Below, one piece after another: positions 47,203 to 55,647 of a DNA stretch of 60,234 nt. Numbering within the stretch: the first letter of the stretch is position 1; each line of letters begins with the position of its first letter. The notes below the pieces were generated by a model. That model saw only the letters and a program-made list of their open reading frames with translations. It did no database searches and was not told the DNA's origin. Made by a program: the position numbers and the translations under genes. This DNA is from a virus (lineage: Duplodnaviria; Caudoviricetes). Location of the stretch: the IMG/VR virus record IMGVR_UViG_3300045996_001815, positions 1 through 60,234 of that record. One strand, written 5' to 3'.

Positions 47203-47435
47203 TGATCGTCTTCCATGTCGAGCCGCTCCTTGATCCGCCGCTGCTGGGTGCTGAACCGGTGTAGCCGGTCCAGGACCGTGCCCGGCTTCCCCTGGTGACC
47301 GATCTCCTGGTCGAGGCTCTCCACCTTCGCGTCGCGCTTCGCGTCGTGGCGGCTGTGGCCGAATACCCAGAGGCTGAGCGCTACGTTCCAGCCGATGATG
47401 CCGCCCAGAATCCAGAGCAGCACGTCCTCGCTCAT
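47199..47435 (-). CDS. N-terminal TM coiled-coil protein
   Basis: LLWILGGIIGWNVALSLWVF then a charged helix. Confidence 0.6.
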   Translation of the reverse strand: MSEDVLLWILGGIIGWNVALSLWVFGHSRHDAKRDAKVESLDQEIGHQGKPGTVLDRLHRFSTQQRRIKERLDMEDDQ

Positions 47436-47626
47436 CCGGCCGCGACCTTTCCTACCAGGCGCCGCACGTTCGACCTCTCGCGCGTTGTGAGCGTGCCGCC
47501 GGCATCCAGTTTCTCGAGCGCACCCCTGAGCATGGACTGCTGGCCTACGGTCAAGGCGCTGCTCTCGGTGGCGCCGCGGATGATCATCCTACGCCGGCGT
47601 TCCTCTTCCTCATCTTCGTCGCTCAT
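47432..47626 (-). CDS. Small charged protein
   Basis: ATGA overlaps on both sides. Confidence 0.5.
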   Translation of the reverse strand: MSDEDEEEERRRRMIIRGATESSALTVGQQSMLRGALEKLDAGGTLTTRERSNVRRLVGKVAAG

Positions 47627-48054
47627 TTGCGCTTGCTCTCCGCGAGTTGCTTCAGTTCAGCGTTCTTCCGGTCCACGAAATCTCGGGCCAGATCGGCGTT
47701 CTTGACAGCCTGCTCCATGTCGGTCTGGAGCTTCGCGATCGTTGGGGCCATCTTGTTCTCAGTCTCGGCCCGAGCTGTACGCATTGCCCACTCCAGTTCC
47801 TGCTGCCGGCCCATACGATCCTCGATCGTCAGAGCCAGCGCAGCGCCCGCGACCAGCGATAGCAGCACGAACCAGGGGATCAGGTCGTTGTAATGCTGGC
47901 TCTGGTCAACATCGCCTGCAGTGACCTGCTCCTCGTTGCCGCTGATACGAAATATCGCGTTGCCGAATCGGCGCTTGAACCTGTCGCGTAGCCGCTTCAG
48001 TCCATTGGGGTTGCCATTTGCGTCGCGCTTGTCGTCCAGCTTCACCGGTTGCAT
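47623..48054 (-). CDS. Single-TM coiled-coil protein
   Basis: LIPWFVLLSLVAGAALAL in the middle. Confidence 0.6.
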   Translation of the reverse strand: MQPVKLDDKRDANGNPNGLKRLRDRFKRRFGNAIFRISGNEEQVTAGDVDQSQHYNDLIPWFVLLSLVAGAALALTIEDRMGRQQELEWAMRTARAETENKMAPTIAKLQTDMEQAVKNADLARDFVDRKNAELKQLAESKRK

Positions 48055-48088
48055 GTCCGTGCCCTCGTGTTGTTGTGGCAACACCCTA

Positions 48089-48436
48089 TCAGCCGCCCTT
48101 CACGATGGTCCAGACGATGCCGAAGATCGCGACCGCCGCAGCCCCAACGGTCCAAACCAACTGCCAGTTGGACTTGTTCTTGATGATGATCTGCGTGTGC
48201 CCGGCAACCTTTTTGGCCAGCGCCTCGTGCTGCTCCTGGGCGGCCGCGAAACGCTCCTCATCGCGCTTCTCGTGGGTCTGCATGGTCTGCGCCAACCATT
48301 CCAGCCGTACTTTGGTGTCGGCCGCGCTGGCGCGCATGTCCTCTCGGAAATCCTTCTCCTCTCGCAAGCGGGCTCTCTCCTCTTCCCATGCGGCTATGTC
48401 GCGAGCGTCGTTCGATGGCGGTCGGGTGCTGCTCAT
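48089..48436 (-). CDS. Coiled-coil protein with C-terminal TM
   Basis: H...D.ERF helix, WQLVWTVGAAAVAIFGIVW. Confidence 0.6.
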   Translation of the reverse strand: MSSTRPPSNDARDIAAWEEERARLREEKDFREDMRASAADTKVRLEWLAQTMQTHEKRDEERFAAAQEQHEALAKKVAGHTQIIIKNKSNWQLVWTVGAAAVAIFGIVWTIVKGG

Positions 48437-48561
48437 TTTTGGCTGTAAGATTTTTCGTCTAAGCGTTCATCTCATTCAAATCACCGGCAGCGCGTGCAAC
48501 CATCTCTCCCGAAAGCGGCGTCACAAGCCGCCTGGGACAACAAATCAAAGGGAGATCCAAA

Positions 48562-48891
48562 GTGCGTACTGGACCACTGCTCGCGATCCTTGCCGCTCTT
48601 CCGTTGGCCACGGGCTGCCAGGCGCTCATTCCGAGCGGCATCGGCGCCGAAGTCGAACACGATTCCGGCCTGCTCGTGGACGGCCGTGACAGCAGGGGGT
48701 TGCTCAAGGAGGACAGCCTGAATGTCGCCAAGGCCTATCTGGACTGGCAGCGCCCGCTGAGCCGGCGCGCGACGATCTACACCGCGCTTGGGGTCGGCTA
48801 CAAATTCGACGAGGGCGGTTTCGAGACCAGCGGCAGCAAGTGGGTCGGCAACATCAGAACCGGCGTACGCTTCAGCCTCGACCGGAACTGA
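48562..48891 (+). CDS. Moron-like outer-membrane lipoprotein
   Basis: Opposite strand to neighbours, GGGAG RBS, LATGC lipobox, EHDS, C-terminal GVRF. Confidence 0.65.
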   Translation: MRTGPLLAILAALPLATGCQALIPSGIGAEVEHDSGLLVDGRDSRGLLKEDSLNVAKAYLDWQRPLSRRATIYTALGVGYKFDEGGFETSGSKWVGNIRTGVRFSLDRN

Positions 48892-49345
48892 CCTTCTCGT
48901 CCTGCGCAGGCGCAATGTCGGCGCGCAGGGCCTCGATCCTTTGATCCATGGCACGCAGCCGGCTCACCGTCTCGGGATCCGGCTGCCGACTATCCAATCT
49001 TGCCAGTTGCACCTCACGCAGGATCCGCGGCTGCACCTTGGTCTCGAGGTGCTCGATCTCGGCCATGGCAGCCGCGTGGCGCTGGTCGCGCATGATCGCC
49101 ACCGCAGTCTTACGCCATCGCCTGGATTCGGAGCTCCATTCGTAGTCGGCGGCAGGCCCTGGCACGGGCGGGATGTAGTCAATCAGTTGCCCGGTATCCA
49201 AATCGACACGCTGAGACTGCCAGTCGGTTACGCCACCGATCCAATCAAAGCCCTCGGGCTTGTTGGCTTCAAGAAACTCCTCTCCGCCGCTCATCGAGCG
49301 GCCAATGAAGATCCCCGTAGAGAGATCGAAAAGCCACTTGTTCAT
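48872..49345 (-). CDS. Tail fibre assembly-like protein
   Basis: RVDL.TG.LIDY.PP.P..DY.W; follows the tip gene. Confidence 0.6.
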   Translation of the reverse strand: MNKWLFDLSTGIFIGRSMSGGEEFLEANKPEGFDWIGGVTDWQSQRVDLDTGQLIDYIPPVPGPAADYEWSSESRRWRKTAVAIMRDQRHAAAMAEIEHLETKVQPRILREVQLARLDSRQPDPETVSRLRAMDQRIEALRADIAPAQDEKVSSGRG

Positions 49346-52300
49346 TTCTTGATCAGCTCGACCTTCAGCGTGATGTTGCGCATGTCGACGGTGCTGGCAG
49401 GCGTCGATTCGTTATTCGCGAACAGCGTAAAGAACCGGTTGTTGCCAGCAGTGACCGCCAGATCGAACTGATCCATGACACGCTCACCTGGGCTTGCAGA
49501 TGCAGTCACCAATTTTCCGCCACTGGACCCCAAGCTCAGACTACCGCTGACACTGCTGGCGCCGATCAAAGCCCGTATATCTGCCGCTCCGCTTTTCCAT
49601 ACGTTTGCCGTCACGGTCACAAGAGCCCTGTAATCGAACTTCTGCGCTGGAACGTTGATCACCGCGAAAACCTGCAGGGCATCTGGCACAGCGTCGTCGC
49701 AGACATGCGTTTCCGTTGCATCGGTGATAGTGAGCACCTCAGTCGCGGCGTCTGGGCCGATCTGCTGAGTATCGACGAGCGTCAAAACATCGCCAGGCCC
49801 GAACTCCAAACCATTGCACGAACAGCCAACCGCGTTGAAGCTCGAATCCATAAAGAGCGTAAGGCCAGACACTGCAACGGTGCGATGCAATACGCCATCG
49901 AGGTAGTACTTGACGTTGGAGCCGTCGTATGTGATCCCAAACAGACTGGTCGTCGTGTAGGTCGCGGGCGAACTAATGAGACTGCCTGATTCGTAGATGC
50001 GCGCCTGCCCGCTGGAGTCGGCATGCCATGCGTAGTCGAGTGAGGTGAAACCCTGATCGGTCGTCGGATCCGTGTTCAACCCCACCATGAAAGAGCCCGA
50101 CGTCTGCGATGCCTTGAACTGCACATGGCAGCTCTGAAAACCAATCAGGCTGTAGGCGTCGGAGTCCCATGCAGCTGAGCCGCCAGACTTCAGCAGTCCG
50201 CGATCCGTCGCTACCACATTCCCGCGCGGGATGAACATGCTGGGGGTAGCGGCGCCATAGGGAACGAATTGCACGTTGCGCGCCGCAGCGCCGGGGCTGT
50301 TCCAACTTGAATCCATGAATAGCGTGACGTCTGGCGCGGCCTTCCTGCGGATAACAGATCCATCCTTGCTGTAAATGATGAACTTGCCGTCATGCACGAT
50401 CGATAGAGCGGTGTCAGTTGTATAAGCGCTGGCACCCAGATCGAGAACAAGTGAGTTTGACTCGTATATCTGAAGTGTCCCGGATGCGGCGCAGTACCAC
50501 GCGTAATCGAGTGACGTGAAGTTCTGGTCTGTGGTCGGGTCCGAGTTGAGTCCGATCATGAATTGCAGATTGGTCTGCTCGGCCTGGAAGGACACCGCGC
50601 AGCCCGTGGCATATGACTGGGTACTGTAGGTGTCGGAGTCCCAAGCGCCCGATCCGCCATTCTTGCGGATGGTGGTCGCGGTGGCGATGCAGTTGCCGCG
50701 CGCGATGAAGGGGATGCTCGGCGCGGTCGTCAGCGGGCCGAACTCCAACTGACTGACTTTGCCGGCGCCATTCCAGGATGAGTCCATGAACAGGGTCTTG
50801 TTGGCTGCCGCGATCGAGCGCTGCAGTACCCCATTTTTGAAGTACTGCACGAGCCGGCCGTCGTACTTGATGCTGAGCGCGGTGGCGCTCGTGTAAGAGC
50901 CGAACGCGCCTATAAGGACGTTGCTCTCGTAGATTTCCAGCGTCGCGTCGTTACGGCAGAACCAAGCGAAGTCCAGCGACGTGAAACTCTGATCTGTCAG
51001 GGGATCGGAGTTCAAACCGATCATGAGAGACTGATTTGTCTGGTCCGGAACGAAGGACACAAAGCATCCGGACTCGAAGGTCTGCGCGCTGTAGACATCC
51101 GAATCCCATGAGCCGCCCGCGCCGTACTTTCCTGCAGTGTTGGCCGTGGCAAAGCAGGTCCCACGCGCGATGAAGGGCACAGCCGGCGCGGACGGATTGC
51201 TGACGAAGGTCACATCCTGCACCGTCGCGCCAGGCGTCGAGAAGCTCGAGTCGAAGAACAGCGATGCGTTGTTTACCTGGGATTGACGCTTCAGCACACC
51301 GTCGACGAAGTACCTGACATTGTGCAGGTCGTAGGTGATCTCGAACACCGTGGTCTTGGTGTATGCAGTCCCGGTGACCACCGATGATCCGCTTTCCCAG
51401 ATACTCCAATTGCCGCTGGCGTCGAGCTTGAAGGCGAAGTCGAGGGACGTGAAATTCTGATCCGTCAGCGGATCAGAGTTCAGTCCCATGTACAGATCGG
51501 CGTTGGTCTGCGACGCGCGGAACGATAGGGAGCTGCCAGTAGAGAACGCGCCGCGCGAATAGCAATCGGAGTCGAATCCACTCGCGGCAGACATCTTCTT
51601 GCTGATGGTGTTGCCGTTGACGAAGCAGTTGCCGCGGGAGATCAGCTCGACACTGGAGATTCGGGGCAGGATGTCGTTCGCTGGAACCGTGTAGCTGTAA
51701 GCTGTGACCGCAGACAGATCTTGCACGCCCGAGCCATAGATGTTGAACGAGACAAACTTGAAGTAGAACGTCTGGCCTATATCACCCGGATCGATCGGGA
51801 TGCGGAAGACCGCGCCATCGAGCCGCACGAAGCGGGTTCCCGAGTTGTGACTCGCGATCGTGGATCCGTACGCGCCTCGACGCAGGTAGCCAAGGTCGTA
51901 CGCACCTGCCCCTGTAAGCGTGACATCGCGATACGACATGACCTCGCCCTCGACCAGGCAGAGGTTGCGCATGTTGTCGGCTTCGGCGGTCGTTGCGCTT
52001 GAGAGCTGCAGACTGGTATTTGCGAGCAGCACCCGAAGCGTATTCGTCGTATCAGGATCCGATCCGGTAGGCAGAGTCGCAGTGAGGGTGCCGTACCGAG
52101 CCGACCCCATGATGCGGCCGACTGCCTCGTAGCGCGCGTTGTCGAGCGACATGTGCACGACGCAGCCACCCCAGGGCGCGCCCGTCGCGCCGCAGACGGC
52201 GATCCAGATCTCATGCCCACCGGCCGGACCGATGAGCAATGCCGGCGCCGAGAAGATCTGCGGGGCGAGCACATTGCCAGGGTCGTCGGCGTAGTTGGCC

Positions 52301-53610
52301 GCGTAACCCTGCGCGGATTGCCAATCGTAGAGCGGCGCGCCAGCCGTGCCGACGAGCACCTCCTCGGCGGTGATGGATAGGCGCAGGGCTTCCTCTTCCG
52401 AGTCTTCGCGGATCTCCGTGATCCTGACCAGTGCGGAACTCAGACCCAGTGCACTGTCGTTCAACGCCAAGAAGTCTCCCGGCTCAAGCAAGCAAAAGTC
52501 AGGGCGCAACTCAAACTCGTATGTGTTGCGAATGTACAGCTGGCGCTGATTGATGATCTGGCCGACCAGGCGCGCACATTCTTTGGTTGTGATCGCGTGG
52601 AACGAGATAGTGTCCATCACACGCTCGCCGCGCTGTGCCACGTCGGACTCGTCTTTGGACTCCGCGATGGTGGGATTGTATTGGTGCTCGCGGTCGTTGA
52701 ACTCCACGCGCACGACGTTGTAGGTGTCGTTGCTCGCCTTGCGGATCAGGCGAACAGGGTCGACGCCTTCCGAAGGACAGTAGTCATCGTCGGTCAGAGA
52801 GAAGATCGGCGTGAGGTCTGCGGTGTACGTGCTCCCATTGCCCGTCACCGACTCGTCGGCATACGGGATGATCTTCAGCACTGCGCCGGACTTGACCGCG
52901 AATGAGTTGCAGATCCGCAGTATCTCGTCGATGAATTCCTTCGCCGGTCGCTGCGCCTTCTCGACCGGGCTCAGGTTGAATCCCATTGCCGTGCAGTATT
53001 CCCCGAAGGTGTTGAGCGTGGTTGCGTCGAGATAGGGGAAGTTGCAGCCGTGAACAGCGTGCGTGCAGTAGTCGTTCAGGATGTCATCGGGGTGCGCGTC
53101 GCCGCCGATCGGGCCAGAGGATCCGATACCAATGACCTCGCAGCTGATTTGTGGCATGGATGCGCCACTTCCAAGCTCGAGCGCCCCGTGAACAAGGATC
53201 GCCGTCGAAGGATAGGCGATAGCTCGTGTCGGATGATTCGTGGTCAGGTACGACCATGTTGCCTGATTGAGCGCGCCGTCGAAGAGCGTGAATCCCAGCG
53301 AACCGACAGTCATCTGGGATTTGTCCTGGTAGACGATGCTGATCCCGATGCTTGGGCCTTCGCACACCATCATGACGACGGCCGCGGAGTACGTGAAGCT
53401 CGTGTTCTTCGGTGCCCCGCCCCCGCCCTTGCCGCCGCCTGTTTTTGAGGTGTGCTCGGTTGCCGTGAAATCCTCGTACTGCAATAGCGCCAGGGAAACT
53501 CTATTCAGGCCGTAGGCAAGCGTGACGGGCACCCCGAACGTGCTCGCGGTGAGCTGGATCTGAGATAGCTTCTCTTCTTTCTGAGAGACGGCGCCTCCTC
53601 TACCGGCCAT
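49342..53610 (-). CDS. Tail tip/host-specificity protein with four tandem lectin-like domains
   Basis: STFGVP..LAYG, GGGKGGG, CEGP, LEPGD, YLRRGAYG, FKF.SFN.YG; four GLNSDP.TDQ.FTSLD-type repeats. Confidence 0.88.
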   Translation of the reverse strand: MAGRGGAVSQKEEKLSQIQLTASTFGVPVTLAYGLNRVSLALLQYEDFTATEHTSKTGGGKGGGGAPKNTSFTYSAAVVMMVCEGPSIGISIVYQDKSQMTVGSLGFTLFDGALNQATWSYLTTNHPTRAIAYPSTAILVHGALELGSGASMPQISCEVIGIGSSGPIGGDAHPDDILNDYCTHAVHGCNFPYLDATTLNTFGEYCTAMGFNLSPVEKAQRPAKEFIDEILRICNSFAVKSGAVLKIIPYADESVTGNGSTYTADLTPIFSLTDDDYCPSEGVDPVRLIRKASNDTYNVVRVEFNDREHQYNPTIAESKDESDVAQRGERVMDTISFHAITTKECARLVGQIINQRQLYIRNTYEFELRPDFCLLEPGDFLALNDSALGLSSALVRITEIREDSEEEALRLSITAEEVLVGTAGAPLYDWQSAQGYAANYADDPGNVLAPQIFSAPALLIGPAGGHEIWIAVCGATGAPWGGCVVHMSLDNARYEAVGRIMGSARYGTLTATLPTGSDPDTTNTLRVLLANTSLQLSSATTAEADNMRNLCLVEGEVMSYRDVTLTGAGAYDLGYLRRGAYGSTIASHNSGTRFVRLDGAVFRIPIDPGDIGQTFYFKFVSFNIYGSGVQDLSAVTAYSYTVPANDILPRISSVELISRGNCFVNGNTISKKMSAASGFDSDCYSRGAFSTGSSLSFRASQTNADLYMGLNSDPLTDQNFTSLDFAFKLDASGNWSIWESGSSVVTGTAYTKTTVFEITYDLHNVRYFVDGVLKRQSQVNNASLFFDSSFSTPGATVQDVTFVSNPSAPAVPFIARGTCFATANTAGKYGAGGSWDSDVYSAQTFESGCFVSFVPDQTNQSLMIGLNSDPLTDQSFTSLDFAWFCRNDATLEIYESNVLIGAFGSYTSATALSIKYDGRLVQYFKNGVLQRSIAAANKTLFMDSSWNGAGKVSQLEFGPLTTAPSIPFIARGNCIATATTIRKNGGSGAWDSDTYSTQSYATGCAVSFQAEQTNLQFMIGLNSDPTTDQNFTSLDYAWYCAASGTLQIYESNSLVLDLGASAYTTDTALSIVHDGKFIIYSKDGSVIRRKAAPDVTLFMDSSWNSPGAAARNVQFVPYGAATPSMFIPRGNVVATDRGLLKSGGSAAWDSDAYSLIGFQSCHVQFKASQTSGSFMVGLNTDPTTDQGFTSLDYAWHADSSGQARIYESGSLISSPATYTTTSLFGITYDGSNVKYYLDGVLHRTVAVSGLTLFMDSSFNAVGCSCNGLEFGPGDVLTLVDTQQIGPDAATEVLTITDATETHVCDDAVPDALQVFAVINVPAQKFDYRALVTVTANVWKSGAADIRALIGASSVSGSLSLGSSGGKLVTASASPGERVMDQFDLAVTAGNNRFFTLFANNESTPASTVDMRNITLKVELIKK

Positions 53611-54038
53611 CAGAACACGCTCCAGTAGCTCTCGATACGAGACTCGAGAGACCTGCGCTCGATGATCTCGACGCACCGATGCGGGCGGTAAGCGTGCAGC
53701 GCGTAAGTCTCATCGAGCAGGATCAGACCATGCGCGGCATGCCGGCCGAAGCTGCACATCGCGATATCCGCCGGCAAGGCGGCTGCAGCGGCAATGGGCT
53801 TCGCGAAGCGCTCGAGCTGCTCCAGGAATAGCGGCTGGTCTCGATGCAGATACCATTCCGGGCTGTATTCATCAGGGTAGTACTCGGCCGGCACGAAGCC
53901 GCAGGCTCGATAGACGCCAACTAGCAGCATGGCGCAATCGACACCGACGCCCTTGAGGCACTGATGGTGGTGGTACGGCGTGCGCAGCCATGTTCTCGCC
54001 TCGGCGATGACCGCGGCGCGTGCGTCTGTGTGGTTCAT
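53610..54038 (-). CDS. NlpC/P60 tail peptidase
   Basis: EA.TWL.TPYHH...KG.GVDC, HG.I. Confidence 0.88.
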   Translation of the reverse strand: MNHTDARAAVIAEARTWLRTPYHHHQCLKGVGVDCAMLLVGVYRACGFVPAEYYPDEYSPEWYLHRDQPLFLEQLERFAKPIAAAAALPADIAMCSFGRHAAHGLILLDETYALHAYRPHRCVEIIERRSLESRIESYWSVF

Positions 54039-55039
54039 GATGCCTGGAATGTACGCCCGCTGGTTGTGCGCCCACCGATCGACGTTCCTGTGATCGGTCC
54101 CGACTGCCCGGCCTGCGTCGAGACTTCGCTGTTCGACTGCGCCACACCGCCGTCGTACAGCGTCTCCGGGACCGGAACATAGGGCGCCCCACGGAAGCGG
54201 CCGAGATTGTTGAAGGCCGGGCCGACTGCAGTGTTGTTGTTGGAGCAAGCGGCTTGCGTCTTCTTGCACATCGGATAGATCGTGAACGTGTTGCCCGCTG
54301 CCGGCGCCGTCGGCAATGGCTTGACCAGACGGATCGCACCGGAAGCATTGAGGTACGACTTCACAAGCGCCTTGATTCCAGCGTTCGGCCCGCTCGTGAA
54401 GGTCAGAATGCCGAGATCAAAGTAGCCGTTGACCTGCGTCAGCGAGGTGTTGAACGCAGTCTTGCTCGGTGTGCCGCTCAACGTGCCGCTGACCGTGAAG
54501 CTCGCAACGTTCAGCCCGCAGCCAGTGTCGTAGGTGGTGTAAATGCAGCCGGTCTGCACAATGTTCTTCGGCATCGCCACGCCGAGTTGCGCAAGGTCAT
54601 CATCCACGACCACGCGCACATTGTTGCGGCCGGCGGTCACGTTGTTGACGACGCCGCTGAACCACGTCACCGCCCCGGGTGAGGTGTCCGACCAAGAAGA
54701 CAGGAAGAGCTTGGAAAACAGCACGCGTGCGTAGTCGAGAATGCCGATTTGCGCCGCGACCTGCAGCGTGTATCCGGAGAAAGTTGGCGCGCCCACGTCG
54801 ATCTCTCTCGGCCACATATCAAACTCGAGCGTCTGAGCCTCCAACCCGATCTTCTGAGTCAGCGATTGTCGGCGGATGAGGATGCGGCTGTCGTACGTCG
54901 TGCCCGCCACCGTGAGATTCGCGTCGCTGGTCGTCAGATAGATGTGCGAGCCATCGGTGAGCGTGAAGTCGTAGAGCTCTGCGTACCTGTACTGTCCGGC
55001 CGCCAGGATGGCGATCGTTGCCGCGGATGCGGATTTCAC
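54035..55039 (-). CDS. Baseplate hub (DUF2163/BR0599-like)
   Basis: C...YD..C, FTSG.NAG, C.K....C, N...F.G.PYVP.PE. Confidence 0.88.
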   Translation of the reverse strand: MKSASAATIAILAAGQYRYAELYDFTLTDGSHIYLTTSDANLTVAGTTYDSRILIRRQSLTQKIGLEAQTLEFDMWPREIDVGAPTFSGYTLQVAAQIGILDYARVLFSKLFLSSWSDTSPGAVTWFSGVVNNVTAGRNNVRVVVDDDLAQLGVAMPKNIVQTGCIYTTYDTGCGLNVASFTVSGTLSGTPSKTAFNTSLTQVNGYFDLGILTFTSGPNAGIKALVKSYLNASGAIRLVKPLPTAPAAGNTFTIYPMCKKTQAACSNNNTAVGPAFNNLGRFRGAPYVPVPETLYDGGVAQSNSEVSTQAGQSGPITGTSIGGRTTSGRTFQAS

Positions 55040-55647
55040 AGCGGCACCGAGATGAACTGGAATTCAGTGGCCCACAGAAACGCCATCATCTTCTCGAACT
55101 CGATGCTGTCATCCATGAATCGGCAGCGGTAGTTGAAGGTTCCTGTCCAGGTGAGCGCGTGCCCGCTGGTGGGCGGCGTTACGAACGTGATGATGCCGGT
55201 CGTGCCGATCGTGTAGTGAGTCGTGAGGGTCTGCAGCACGCCGTTGACGAAGATGCTGGGGCTCGACGAGAGATTCTGCACACGCTCTGCGTAGCCCGGA
55301 CCACCGACATTCTGGTACCGCGCGACCAATTGGAATTGCGTGGTTGACCCGTTGCCGGTGCCGAAGTTCTCTGCCGTGACGGAGTTGAACTCTGGATCGC
55401 TGTACAGGAAGGTGTCGTAGCTGCCGAGCAAAGCGTTGAACAGTCCAACCAGCTGCTTGAGCTCGTTGGTGGATGCCTGCTCGCGCAACACGCTGTACTC
55501 GATCGAGAAGAGAATCCTCGGGAACTGCCGATACGCGATGCGGCTCTCTTTTCCGCTGAGCGACTCATTCACGCCCGTGCGCCACTGCGGCGTACGTCGG
55601 ATGGGGAATGAGAGACCCTTGAGTGTTGGATATACGAAGCTGCTCAA
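55036..55647 (-). CDS. Distal tail protein (DUF2460)
   Basis: SG.E.R, G.G.G....FQL, G.ITF..PP..G..LTW.G.F...RF.DD. Confidence 0.88.
   Translation of the reverse strand: MSSFVYPTLKGLSFPIRRTPQWRTGVNESLSGKESRIAYRQFPRILFSIEYSVLREQASTNELKQLVGLFNALLGSYDTFLYSDPEFNSVTAENFGTGNGSTTQFQLVARYQNVGGPGYAERVQNLSSSPSIFVNGVLQTLTTHYTIGTTGIITFVTPPTSGHALTWTGTFNYRCRFMDDSIEFEKMMAFLWATEFQFISVPL

Noticed and set aside
49790-51645. Tail-tip repeats as DGR template/variable repeats
   Set aside because: No reverse transcriptase in the genome; the repeats are protein-level duplications, not adenine-specific variants
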